A program made the position numbers and the translations under genes. DNA of 64,000 nucleotides from Malacoraja senta (taxonomy: Eukaryota), in NCBI GenBank assembly GCA_038087875.1, contig CM075996.1, forward strand, positions 2,854,001 through 2,918,000, read 5' to 3'. The notes beneath the pieces were generated by a model that saw nothing but the letters and a program-made list of their open reading frames with translations, did not search any database and was not told where the DNA came from. Of the stretch, positions 36,999-49,728 are shown one piece after another (position 1 is the first letter of the stretch; each line of letters starts with the position of its first letter).

Positions 36999-39040
36999 TC
37001 AAGAGAGAGCTAGATGGGGCTCTTAAAGAGTCAGGGGATATGGGGAGAAGGCAGGAACAGGGTACTGACAGCCATGATTACAGTGAATGGCGGTGCTGGC
37101 TCGAAGGGACGAACGGCCTACTCCTGCATCTATTCTCTATCGTCTCTGGTTTCCTCCTAAATTCCAAAGACGTGCAGGTTTGTCTGTTAATTGCCTTCTG
37201 TAAATTGTCCACAGCACGTACAGTTGATCGCTGGTCGGTGCAGACTCGACGGGCCGAAGGGCCTGTTTCCATACGGTAGCTCTAAACTAAACTGTTAGCA
37301 TGTTTTATTATTTTGTCCAGATATTTCTTGCAGAATGATTTTGTACACTTGGGGGTGGGCTTTTGATACGTAGATGGGTGTGACATATAGCAGATTAGAC
37401 TAGCGAAACCACAGGGAGTGGTTAGATCGACTGGAGCCGGCAGGAGAGAAGGAATATAGTTTTTTTTACCAGTTCAGATAGTAAGAACGGGAAGCTACAG
37501 TTTGTATAAGAATAAAGAGGATCTGGTATTTCACATCTTTGTGTTTACAACAACTTCAATAAAATATCAATGAAACGGGAAATAACGACTGGCAGATTTG
37601 TTTTCTTATCTCCTCCCTGCCTGTGGAGTAATGTCAATGGAAAGGATTGAAGTTCCATTACATTGTGTTCTAACAGTAATTCAGTCACCATTAATTGCAA
37701 CTCTCTTGCATTTTCTTTTTAATTTCTTGGGTTGCTCTCGGAAACAGAATTGTCCCATCCAATAGTGTTTAGTTGTTGACCCGGTCAAAGGGAGGGACCA
37801 GGTGGAGATTGGTTGCACTTATCGATGCAGTCATAGAACGCACAACACAGGGACAGGCCTTGAGGCCCGCAATGCCTGTGCCGAACATGATGCCAGGTTA
37901 AACAATGGGAGGAGCAATTCCTCATAGGCTGACCTCTGGTACCTCATGTCAAAATGTGAAAGGCCTGGATAGAGTGGACGTGGGGAGGATGCTTCCCCTA
38001 GTGAGAGAGTCTAGGACTAGAGGGCGCAGCCTCAGAATAGAAGAAGATGAAGAGGAATTTCTTTGGTTAGAGGATGGCGAATCTGTGGTGGAGGCCATTG
38101 GGTGTTTTTAAGGCGGAGACATGTTTGGTAAGGGTTTCAATAGTTATGGGGAGAAGGCAGGAGAATGGGGGTTGAGAGAGAAAGATAGGTCAGCCATGAT
38201 TGAATGGCAGAGTAGACTTGATGGGCTGAATGGCCTAATTCTGCTTCATGTTATGAACATGAAGATAAGGTCAAGACAGGTGCCTTTGGCTTCTCCTCTG
38301 TGGGTGAGGGGAGAGGGGGTGGGATAGGGCTGGTGGTGGTGGTTGTTGGGGTGGGTGGAGGAGAGCATGGGAGAGAGGAAATATTGTTTGAAGAAACTTG
38401 TAGAGTGGGGAGGAGAGGAACAGCGTACTTTCCCTTTAAAATGAATCATTTTTGCAATCTCTACTGGTCCGTAGCAAGGGCGGAATTGTGGATGTAAATT
38501 CATGTGTGGATGAGGCACACAATTCTTTATTGAATATTCGATTTTTTTTTTTTAGCAATTCCGTTCTGACTGTCCAGTATAGCCTCACTCCAGCTGGAAG
38601 CAGCGTGTTGCAGTGTTGAAGCTAAACCTTTTCAATCAAGCCAGCCTGAATTAATCACTTTCTTTTAAATGCCAATAAAATCCCAGCTTGCTGCAGGAGC
38701 TTCCAATAGCAGCATCAGCCCTTCTCTCTCTCCCTCTGTGTGTGTGTGTATGTGTTTGTATCTACGTATTACACACACATCTACATGTGTATACAGATAC
38801 GTGTATGGGTGTCATGTGTGTAGCAGAAATACGGAGAGCGAGAGAGAGAGAGAGAGCAAGAGGGGGAAGATCGAGAGAGAGAGGCAGCCGCCGAGTCTAT
38901 AAGTGGAGTTAGCTGTTCAGCACACAAGCAACCCACAGCACTGCAGAACGAACAGCACCGATATTACATTCAATCCTCAAATTTTCATTAGAGGGGATAT
39001 TTACTTGGCAAGAGAATCCATTTGTGGGTCAGCCCTGGAG

Positions 39041-39063
39041 ATGGAAGCAGCCTTTCTGCTGAG
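39041..39063 (+). other. Candidate first coding exon end of an unidentified gene (MEAAFLL-)
   Basis: gagATGG Kozak; AG|gtatga donor; TATAAG at 38898; lies in a ~1.2-kb transposon-free stretch. Confidence 0.35.
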
Positions 39064-39499
39064 GTATGAGACGTTTTTTAACCTTGTTTCTTGAGGGGAG
39101 GAAAACCAAAAATCTTTCTCTGTATGCAGTATAAGCATTGGTGTCTGTCTGTGTCTCTGCGCGTGGACTTAAAGCTGCAACTTAGCTTTCTCAAATAAAA
39201 GGAATGGTTTGTGATTCAAAGAATCGAGTAAGACACAACGGCTCTGTGTGTATTGGAAGAGAGCTATGGCAAAAAAAATGTTTTTAATAACAGAGAAATA
39301 AAATCATCGGCAGAGAGGGGGGGGGGGTGGGGAGAAATGAAAGGAATATACATTTGTCACCGTTATCTGACATGGGATCTGTTTGGTGAAGCTAGTCTTC
39401 ACTCACTAGATTCACACACAGTGAACATTTGGTGGTTTGCAAATTTGCAAGTCTTAAGGGCTTTGAAAACTGTCAGTGCTGCACCTTTGCAAGAAGTGA

Positions 39500-39613
39500 T
39501 GTGTGTGTGTGTGTATGTGTATATGTGCGAAAAAGAGAGTGTGTGTGTGTGTCAGTGTGTGTGTGTGTCAGTGTGTCAGTGTGTGCGAAAGAGTGTGTGT
39601 GTGTGTGTGCGAA

Positions 39614-39649
<36 letters not shown>

Positions 39650-40020
39650 AGTGTGCATCAGTGTGTGTGTGTGTGTCAGTGTGTGCGTCAGTGTGTGCGT
39701 CAGTGTGTGTGTGTGTCAGTGTGTGCATCAGTGTGTGTGTGTGTGTGTGTGTGTGTGTCAGAGTGTATGTGTGTGTGTGTGTGTGTGACAGTGTGTGTGT
39801 GTGACAGTGTGTGTGTGTCAGTGTGTGTGTGTGTGTGTGTGTCAGTGTGTGTGTGTGTGTGACAGTGTATGTGTGTGTGTGTGTGACAGTGTGTGTGACA
39901 GTGTGTGTGTCAGTGTGTGTGTGACAGTGTATGTGTGTGTGTGTGTGACAGTGTGTGTGTGACAGTGTGTGTGTGTGTGTCAGTGTGTGTGTGACAGTGT
40001 GTGTGTGTCAGTGTGTGTAT
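39500..40020. repeat. Complex (GT)n microsatellite with ca/gaca interruptions
   Basis: Directly visible; ends ~200 bp before the gap. Confidence 0.95.
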
Positions 40021-40220
40021 GACATGGTATTAGTGAAATGTTAGTACTGTTGCATCGTACCTCCATCAAAGTAAAACAGAATCCCTCGATATTTAATCCA
40101 ATCTGATGATTGCTTGGGTGAAATATATTGCAGCAGTCTTTTGCTCGGTAATTCAGGGGCACAGCCTTGCATTGGAACTGAGCATTTGAGAAAACCATTC
40201 AGATTTACCGAGTTAGAATT

Positions 40221-40420
40221 NNNNNNNNNNNNNNNNNNNNNNNNNNNNNNNNNNNNNNNNNNNNNNNNNNNNNNNNNNNNNNNNNNNNNNNNNNNNNNNN
40301 NNNNNNNNNNNNNNNNNNNNNNNNNNNNNNNNNNNNNNNNNNNNNNNNNNNNNNNNNNNNNNNNNNNNNNNNNNNNNNNNNNNNNNNNNNNNNNNNNNNN
40401 NNNNNNNNNNNNNNNNNNNN
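40221..40420. other. Assembly gap (exactly 200 N)
   Basis: Run of N. The round size suggests an unsized scaffolding join. Confidence 0.98.
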
Positions 40421-40730
40421 ATGGCACGGGGGGGGGGGGGGGGGCGCAGCGGTAGAGATGCTGCCTTACAGCGCCAGAGACCCGGGTTCCATCCTGACTA
40501 TGAGTGCTCTCTGTATGGAGTTTGTACTTTCTCCCCATGACCTGCGTGGGTTTTCTCCGGGAGATCTGGCTTCCTCTCACACTTCAAAGACGTGCAGGTT
40601 TGTAGGCTAATCGGCTTGGTAAAATTGTAACTTGTCCGCAGTGTGTGTAGGATAGTGTTAGTGTGCGGGGATTTCTGGGCGGCGTGGGCCCGGTGGGCCA
40701 AAGGGCCTGTTTTCCGCGCTGTATCTCTAG
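40421..40730 (+). mobile_element. HE1/V-type SINE abutting the gap, with a poly-G run in the head
   Basis: Same consensus. Confidence 0.85.
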
Positions 40731-40996
40731 ACTAATCTACATATCAACTAATAACAAAATTGAGAGCTATTGGCACAATAGTGTACAAATGAGGGCGGAA
40801 ACGTCAACATTTTGTTTTCCTCGGTGAACCCTGCAGAACATGTGCGAGATTAGATAGGGGCTGGTGGCCTGGCAGTTACAATGACATCCATACACAGTTA
40901 CAATGACATCTGCCTCTCCTATCATGCAAAGACAATGGACTCCAGAGTCCAATGGACTTTGGCAGGGATTCCTCAACTTCCAAAAGCAAGGGGCGC

Positions 40997-41290
40997 TTAG
41001 CTTAGAGATACAGCGCAGAAACAAGCCCATCGCCCACTGAGTCCATACCGACCAGCGATCCCAGCACATTAACACTGTCCTTCACGCACTGGAGACAAGT
41101 TAGACTCATACCAAGCCGATTGACCCACAAACCCGCACGTCTTTGGAGTGTGGGAGGAAACCGAAGATCTCGGAGAAAACCCACGCAGGTCACGGGGAGA
41201 AGGTACAATCTCTGTACAGGCAGCAGCCGTAGTCGGAATCGAACCCTGGTCTCTGGCGCCGTGAGGCAGCAACTCACCCGCTGCGCCGCC
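40997..41290 (-). mobile_element. HE1/V-type SINE just downstream of the CSNK1E 171-nt exon
   Basis: Reverse complement of the consensus. Confidence 0.88.
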
Positions 41291-41371
41291 TGGTGGTAAA
41301 TAGGAACGACCATGATGCCGCGATTACCCGAACGGAAAGCAAACGGCCATTACAATACCGGCGGCACTCAC

Positions 41372-41542
41372 ACGGGTAGCTCTTGCACAACACTTCGATG
41401 GGAGTTGACATCTTTTTCTCACTGATGCGCTCGTACTTCTGCCGTTTAGTGGCCGCTTTCAGTCCCTGCCATGGCAACGAGCCCAAGTTAAAATACATCA
41501 GGACGTAACCCAGTGACTCCAGGTCATCACGGCGACTTTGTT
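41372..41542 (-). CDS. CSNK1E: Casein kinase I epsilon, fifth coding exon (171 nt)
   Basis: ccacag acceptor; [58 protein letters not shown]|gtgagt donor; phase consistent with the upstream exons. Confidence 0.96.
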
Positions 41543-42399
41543 CTGTGGAGATTTTTGTTTTTTCATTTTAAAAGTCAGGAGCCAAGATTTAATTCAGAGT
41601 TACTAGCAATGGCATTATAAGGGACTCTCTAAACTCACAAACCAAAAGCATCTCTCAATTTCCCCCCAGTGCAACAGAATATAACACTTTGTCACATGTG
41701 ACAAGTCACAGTGAAATTCTTTGCTCGCATACCTTGACCAAGGTATGCAAACAGTCACACATAAAGGGCACTTACAAAGTTACAGATCCCCCCCCCCGTC
41801 CCTCTTTTTGTTCTCCACCCCCACCCCTCCATTGTTCTTCACGCCAGTTCCACCACCCCCCTCCCCCCAACGCCAGGTTCTCACCATAAGAACATAGCTT
41901 CAAAATTCTCTGTGCTTGTTGTTCTAGTACATGCCTCCTCTGGCAGCTCCTTCCATATACCCACCATGGTGGTTCATTAAAACCTAGAACAGTACAGCAT
42001 AGCAAGACTCTTCGGCCCACAATGCTTGTGCCGAACATGATGCCAAATTGAAAACTGAGCTTAAAAAACTTTAAGCTTAAGATTTAAAGCTTAAAGTTCA
42101 AACTTAATTAAGTTCAGTTTGTTAAGGTGGCCTGCTCCCTCCATAGTCCAATTACAGCATTAATCATGGACTCTTTCTTCCCCCCCCCCCCCCAATTCCC
42201 ATCTCACACACACACAAGCTCCCTCCCCAGTCATTGAAGATCTGTCTTCCTCCAACCTTCTCGTCCCACCACCCACCCCCACCTCCAATATTATTGCCAG
42301 GAACTGCAAAGCTACTTCTGTGCAGGTATTGCAACGTGTAAAGTCGCCGGTTGCAACTCTAACTCACCGACCGCAGCGTGCGAGTCACCGATTGCTTAC

Positions 42400-42628
42400 C
42401 GATGCCCAGATGGGTGTTGATGGAGGCGTACCGCGCCGTGCCAGTCAGGTTTTTGTTTTCCCGATATGGGATGTGCTGGTGAGTCCGCGCGTCGCGATAT
42501 TTCTTGGCCAGGCCAAAGTCGATGATGTAAACCAGATTGCCCTTCTTGCCCAAACCCATGAGGAAGTTGTCTGGTTTAACATCACGGTGGATGAAGTTTT
42601 TGGAATGAATGTACTCAATTCGACTGAT
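42400..42628 (-). CDS. CSNK1E: Casein kinase I epsilon, fourth coding exon (229 nt; HRDVKPDN catalytic loop, DFG)
   Basis: ctccag acceptor; [77 protein letters not shown]|gtaagc donor. Confidence 0.97.
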
Positions 42629-44974
42629 CTGGAGAGACGGCAGTGAAGAAAGACAAAGGAATTGTACATCAGTGATTAACATTGGAGACGCACCACGTTT
42701 GGCGGTCTACTACGGCCAGATATTTTTTAGTTTAGTTAAGAGATACCGCGCAGAAACAGGCCCCTCGGCCCACCGAGTCCGCGCCGGGGAAACCGAAGAT
42801 CTCGGAGAAAACCTGCACAGTCATGGGGAGAACGTACAAACTCCCTACTGACAGAACACTAGTCAGGATCGAACCAGAGTCTCAGGCGCTGCAAATGCTC
42901 TAAGGCAGCAACTCCACCGCTGCGCCTCCGTGCCGCCGAAATGCCCCAAAACCGAACAATTCTTACTTGCAGCAGCACAACTGGTTGCAAACACAAAGTT
43001 CAACAGATAATATTAAACAAAAAGCTTAATAAATTAAAAAAAAACTCAATAAAATACAATAACAACACAAAGCCAAAGGTCCCTAACTCAACCCAGGCAG
43101 TTTGTTGTTTCGTTGGAGTTCGTAGTGTTCAATAGCCTGATGGTTGTTGGGAAGTAGCTCGTTCCTGAAACAGGAAGCCAATTAGTTTTCAGATCTAAGG
43201 TACACAAAAATGCTGGAGAAACTCAGCGGGTGCAGCAGCATCTATGGAGCGAAGGAAATAGGTAACGTTTCGGGCCGAAACCCTACTTCAGACTATTCAG
43301 AAATAGTTTTCAGATCTATTTTAGTTTAGTTTAGAGATACAGCACAGAATCAGGCCCTTGGGCCCACGCCGACCAGCGATCCCTGTACGCGAGCACTATC
43401 CTACACACACTAGGGACAATTTACAATTTTACAGAAGCCAATCAACCTGCACATCTTTGGAATGCGGGAGGAAACCGGAGAAAACCCATGCAGGTCGCGG
43501 GGAGAACCTACAATTTCCGGACAGACAGCACCTGTCGTCAGGATCGAACCCGGGTCTCTGGCACAGAATCAAGTCTACACCACCATTGTCTGATCTATCT
43601 CTCCCTCCTAACCCCATTCTCCTGCCTTCTCCCCATAACCCCCTGACACCCGTACTAATCAAGAATCTATATATCTCTGCCGTAAAAATATCCACTGACT
43701 TGCCCTCCACAGACTTCTGCAGCAAGGAATTTCAGATTCACCGCCCTCTTTTCATCCTCTGCTGTGTCCCATTATCGCCCTCTTTCACCCCCCTGCCTTT
43801 TATTTAATTTCCCTCACCTCGGTCACAAACTTCCCTTTTTGTTCCCTTCTTCCTCTACATTTTAAATCTCAGCGTGCACTTCTGCCGGTCACAGATGCTG
43901 CCTAAACTGCTGAGCATTTCCAACAATTACTGTTCTCGTTTCAGATCGGCAGCAGAGATTTTTTTTATTTGCGTTCAAAATTTGATACGTAATCTGGACA
44001 TTTTAAAGAACTGACAACCCACGGTTCCTCATTTGTTCAGTTTAGCCCCTGTGAATCCTTGCTTCAGTTCCTTGTTTTTTCAAACACTACTTAACTTGTG
44101 CCAGGACAATGAGAAATCGAAAAGAAAAATCAGCTGCATCTCACGCCAAAAAACCTGCGATGGTCAACATGAAATTGGACACTTAGTTTGGAGATTTAGC
44201 ATGGTAACAGGTCCTTCGGCCCACCCAGTCCACACTAGTTCAATGCTATACCCCACTTCCTCACCAATTTGCCTACATTTGCACACTTCTTTGGCGTGTG
44301 GAAGGAAATCAGAGCAGCCCGCGGGTCAAAAGGAGGATGTGCAAACACCACACAGACAGCACCCAAGGTTAGGATCAAACCCAGGTCGTTGGCGCCGTGA
44401 GGCAGCAGCTCAATGGTTCCATCAACCCTTCCCCAGGGGCCACACACAGTTTAAGAATAAGGAGTAAGCCATTTAGAACGGAGACGAGGAAACACTATTT
44501 CTCACAGAGAGAGTGGCGAGTCTGTGGAGCTCTCTGCCTCAGAGGGCGGTGGAGGCGGGTTCTCTGGATGCTTTCAAGAGAGAGCTGGATAGGGCTCTTA
44601 AAAATAGCGGAGTCAGGGGATATGGGGAGAAGGCAGGAACGGGGTACTGATTGGGGATGATCAGATTGAATGGCGGTGCTGGCTCGAAGGGCCGAATGGC
44701 CTACTCCTGCACCTATTGTCTATTGTCCCCATTTTCCAGTTGCAATGTTCAGATTAGTTGCACGTTGGGGGTCAAGGAAAGAGCGTTCACGTCGCGGCCC
44801 TTGTTTCCACCAATCATTCCACCACCAACGCACAAGAAGCGACAAGACAGACACCGTTGCACGCAGATGCCGGGAAGCGTGCTCAGCTCTGGCTGAACAG
44901 CTTCTAATCTTGTGTGCGTGGACTCGACAAGAAGCAGCTGCAAGTTACGAATGAGTCGGAATGAACATCCATAC

Positions 44975-45123
44975 CATCTGGTCTGCCAGGAGCAGCACGG
45001 TCTTTAGGCTGAACTTGCGCGAGCAGAAGTTGAAGAGGTCTTCGAGACTGGGCCCGAGCAGCTCCATCACCATCACGTTGTAATCGCCTTCTGCGCCGCA
45101 CCATTTAATGGACGGGATCCCAA
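44975..45123 (-). CDS. CSNK1E: Casein kinase I epsilon, third coding exon (149 nt)
   Basis: ctgcag acceptor; [53 protein letters not shown]|gtatgg donor. PSIKW is epsilon-type. Confidence 0.96.
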
Positions 45124-45689
45124 CTGCAGGCAAGAGAATCGAAACATCAGTCCAAACACATAACCACCGGGCAAACGTGTCGGAAGGAAATGCAGATGCT
45201 TGTTTACGCCAAAGGCTGGAGTGACTCAGCGGGACAGGCAGCGCCTCTGGATGATCGGTGGAGTTTCGGGCCGAGACCCTTCTTCGAATGGGTGACGTTA
45301 CGGGTCGAGACCCTTCGAAGGGTCTCGACCCGTAACGTCACCCATTCCTTCTCTCCAGAGGCGCTGCCTGTCCCCGCTGAGTCGCTCCAGCATTTGGCGC
45401 CTAACCACCAAGCAAAGTACCAGGTTAACAATAACATAATCCTGCTCAATTGGAAGGAAATCAGCAGTTGTTATAATTGACCTCCTCTTGCCAGGAAACT
45501 ACACTTGGCCGACGACGGTGGTGGCTGCAACTTGCTGACAACACACCATTTGCACATGACCCAATTGTTCCGTCCGTGTTAGCAACGCGTGCTGGTGACT
45601 CAAGAACTGAAAGATGTTTTGCTACTGCAGCAGGCAGGCACAGCTCATACACACAATAGCAAATCTGGCAAACACCAGCAGCAACCACT

Positions 45690-46295
45690 TTATTTATTTA
45701 TTATTAAATATTTTTATTAGAAGCATAAACACATAGTAGCAACGCGGTTTGTTTACCAATTACATTCACACAAAGCTTCTGTTCTTTTTTATAGAATTTT
45801 TGAAAGATAGAACTGAAAAGAATGGTCTATAAACTAATAGAGAGGGAGGGAAGAAAAACAAGAAAAACAAACCAAGAAAATTACCGATAACAATTTTGGA
45901 GATAGGTCCGTAGATTATAAGGCGTAGTTTTATTCATCCAATCCTAAGCTCGGGCTTCAGTCCAGTTCCTGTGTTGAACCAGTTTACCTCTTTAAAAAAT
46001 CAATAAATGGAGACCATACTCTAGCAAATAGTTCTGGTTTGTCAGTTAAGACAAGTCTAATATTTTCCAAGTGTAAGGTCTCAGACATTTCTGGAATCCA
46101 CATTTTAATTGTGGGGGTTGTTGGGTTTTTCCAAAATCTTAGTATTCATTTTTTCCCAGTTATTATACCGTAATCAAGAACATTTATTTGATTTGTTGTA
46201 AGTTTTATACTTTGTTCTGATGTTCCCAATATTATTAATTTTGGATCGGGATCCAACTGAATATAAACAACCTCAGAAATAATTTTACAATTTTA
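45690..46295 (-). mobile_element. L1/Tx1-like LINE 3' end
   Basis: AT-rich; minus-strand ILRFWKNPTTPTIKMWIPEMSETLHLE remnant; ends in aataaa and (taaa)n. A similar 3' UTR-like stretch lies at 52270-52720. Confidence 0.6.
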
Positions 46296-47269
46296 AAGCA
46301 ACCACTTTAGACGAGATTCAGTATTGTGCTCACATTCACGTACACAGGTGGTGGAGCAACCGCCTCGCAGCGCCAGAGACCTGGGTTCGATCCTGACTAC
46401 GGGTGCTTGTCTGTACGGACTTAATACTTTCTGCGGGGGGTTTCTGCGAGATCTTCGGCTTCCTCCCACACTCCAAAGACCTCCAGGTTTGTTGGTTAAT
46501 TGGCCTGGTATAAATGTAAAATTGTCGCTAGCGTGCGTTGGATAGTGTTAGTGTGCGGGGAAATCGTTGGCCAGTGCAGACTCGGTGGGCCGAAAGGCCC
46601 GTTTCTGCGCCATATCTCTAAACTAAACCATTGCAGCAGGAACACGAGAGTACTGCTCAAACGTCTTAAAAATTGCGTGTAGTCACACAAGTCCATGTTC
46701 ATAAACGCTGCTCCTCTGAAGATGCAAGTTAAAAGTACCGCGGGAAAAGCTGGAGTATCTCGGGGTGCCGGCGTGGGGCATCTCTGAAGAATACAGATAA
46801 ATGACGTTTTGGGTGGGAAATTTCTTCAGCGTATGAAGGTCCTGACCCAAAGTGTCACCCGTCCATGTTCTCCAGAGATGCTGCCTGACCCACTGAGTTA
46901 CTCCAGCACTCTGTGTCTTTTAATGTATAAAACTGCTCAAGCACCAGACCAATCTAAATCTGGACCGAGAGTGCCCAGTCTCCTCGTAAAGAAATTAAAG
47001 CTTGACAGTAGAGTCAAGCAGCATGCACTTGCAAATAAACCTACTTGTCCATGCCAAGTTTAGAACTCACACAAGGCAAATCTGCTCCAGATCTTTATCA
47101 CATTTCTTTGGCCCATGTTCAGACCAGGGCTGAATTCCAGAAGGCAGAAGAGCAACTTTGCTTGACTTGAAAGCCAACATTTGAGCAAACAAGGAGGGCT
47201 GCTGGCATCCTAACCAATATCCTAACATCCTAACCTAACCATAACCAAGATAGACATAGCAGAGGGAGA

Positions 47270-47835
47270 CATAAATGCTGGAGAACTTCAGCGAGTGCAG
47301 CAGCATCTATGGAGCGAAGGAAATAGGCAAAGTTTCGGGCCGAGACCCTTCTTCAGACTGATACGAGGGTGGGGGGGGGGCAGGAACAAGAAAGGAAGAG
47401 GTGGAGCCAGTGGGCTGAGGGAGAGCTGAGAAGGGGAAGAGAAAGTAAGGACTTACTAAATTTAAAGAAGTCAATGTTCATACCGCTGGGGTGTAAACTG
47501 CCCAAGCGAAATATGAGGTGCTGCTCATCCAATTTGCTGTGGGATTCACTCTGGCCATGGAGGAGGCCCAGGACAGAAATGTTGGATTCGGAATGGGAGG
47601 GGGAGTTGAAGTGCAGAACCACCGGGAGATCAGGTTGGTTATCGCGAACCGAGCGGAGGTGTTGGGCGAAGCGATCGCCAAGTCTACGCTTGGTCTCACC
47701 GATGTAGAGCAGCTGACATCTAGAGCAGCAGGTGCAATGGATGAGGTTGGAGGAGGTGCAGGTGAACCTCTGCCGCACCTGGAAAGACTGCTTGGGTCCT
47801 TGAATGGAGTCAAGGGGGGTGGTAAAGCGACAAGT
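47270..47835 (-). mobile_element. Penelope-like element, 3' part (GIY-YIG), in CSNK1E intron
   Basis: ORF QRFTCTSSNLIHCTCCSRCQLLYIGETKRRLGDRFAQHLRSV, followed by the terminal repeat. Confidence 0.85.
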
Positions 47836-49518
47836 GTCTCTGGAGAGAAGGAATGGGTGGCGTTTTGGGTCGAGACCCTGCTTCAGAACCCGAAACGTCA
47901 CCCATTCCTTCCCGCTAGAGACGCTGCCTGTCCCGATGAGTTACTCCAGCATTTTGTATCTATCTTTGGGTTAAACAAGCATCTGCAGTTCCTGACCTAC
48001 CCTAACCTAACGTCGCATCCTAACTTATCCAAACCAACAAGCATCAAAAAGGGAAACTTCTGTGTCTGGAATCATAAATTACACAAAAGAAGTCCATTGT
48101 GATTATTGAACACCAATCACAGTAGCCATGGACAGTACCCCCCCCCCCCCTAAACTCCAGCGAGTACAGGCCCAGTGCCATCAAACGCTCACAGGCCCAT
48201 CCACCAGCCTCCAATGCTGGAGGGAAAACAACCCAAGCTTATCCAAGTTCCTCTTCTCGCAAATGCACTTTGGTTTCATCAGTTCCGACACATCCATCCT
48301 CTTACAACACCCCAAGCTTCAATTAGCTTCAGCCTGTTGAAATTCACACCCAACATTAAACAAGACAAAAAAGACCAAAGGCAACTTTACACTGCACCAC
48401 GGTGGGGACATTTGGTCAATTGCAAACAGAAACTTTCAAGAGGCGGAGAAAAGCTACTCTCAGCCGAATCTCACAACTAATCTTCACAGTTCAAAGTGAT
48501 TTCACAGCTGTGTCTCCATTACATTGGTTTCAGTTTGTTCTTCATTTGGACTCGCCCAAGAAATGAAGAGTGCAAGAGAACAACACGAGGCATTTGTGTA
48601 GGAAGGAACCACAAATGCACGTTTACACCGAAGATGGACGTGAAATGCTGGAGTAACTCAGGGGAGACTGGCAGTATTCTCTGGAGAGAAGGAATGGGTG
48701 ACGTTTTGGATCGAGAGACTGAGGCATTTAACTTTTTCAGAGAAGCAATTAAACGAGTGACAGAAACACAGGATGGATTTTCCAGTGACTGGTGGTCCGG
48801 TCCCTACTTTAAACAGGACAAAATTACGAGAGTGCTCTTGAAATCCCCCAGTAAATGTGGCGCCTAGGCTGGGTGAGGCGGCCGATCTCTACCTCATCGG
48901 GACCTCTGCGGCCATTAGGACGGTCAAATCTGCCCCGCCGGCAGCTCTGTTCCTATAGCCGACTTCTGAACCAAATTTGCAAGTCGCTATCTTGCCTCCC
49001 ACCGAAGGACATGAACCTCCTCAATACGGCAAGGCTCAGGAACCAAGGGTGTTTAGTCTTCAGTTTAGAGATACAGCTCGGAAACAGGCCCTTCGGCCCA
49101 CCGGGTCCGCACCAACCAGCAATCCCCGCACACCAACACTATCCTACACACATTAAGAACAATGTACATTTATACCAAGCCAATTAACCTACAAACCTGT
49201 ACTGCTTTGGAGTGTGGGAGGAAACCGAAGATCTCAGAGAAAATCCACGCGGGCACAGGGAGAAGGTACAAACTCCGTATACACACTCGGGATCGAACCC
49301 AGGTCTCCGGCACTGCAAGGCAGCAACTCCAGCACTGCATCACCAAATTTGAAGAAAATAATCAGCGGTGGACCTGTAATTGTGTAGGTGTGAGGGAGGC
49401 AAACATTTGTGGTTGGATGGCAGAAAATGCAACAATACAGGTACAGGCTGTGAAAGGCCAGAGACAGTGGTCACATTTTCACTCCAGGCTGGTCTCCACT
49501 CACTGCTCCCAGACTCAC

Positions 49519-49629
49519 CTCCTCCTTGCATCATTTTGTAAAACTTGCTTTCAATGTGGAGCTGTGGGTGTTTCGTTTTGACACATTCCAACTTTATTGC
49601 AACTTCTTCTCCAGTAGCTATGTTTGCAC
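49519..49629 (-). CDS. CSNK1E: Casein kinase I epsilon, second coding exon (111 nt)
   Basis: ttttcag acceptor; (G)[37 protein letters not shown]|gtgagt donor. ANIA and KFYK are epsilon-type (delta has TDIA and KIYK). Confidence 0.95.
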
Positions 49630-49728
49630 CTGAAAAACAGAGGGGGGGGGGGGGGGAGAAGAAGAATGTAAAAGAACGACTTGACCTCTCTTGGACCTTC
49701 TCCTCCCATCCCAAAACAGAGCTCACAA

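Noticed and set aside
41372..49629. Calling the kinase CSNK1D or a pseudogene
   Set aside because: Diagnostic residues (ANIA, KFYK, PSIKW) match epsilon; exons are intact with canonical splice sites and consistent phases.
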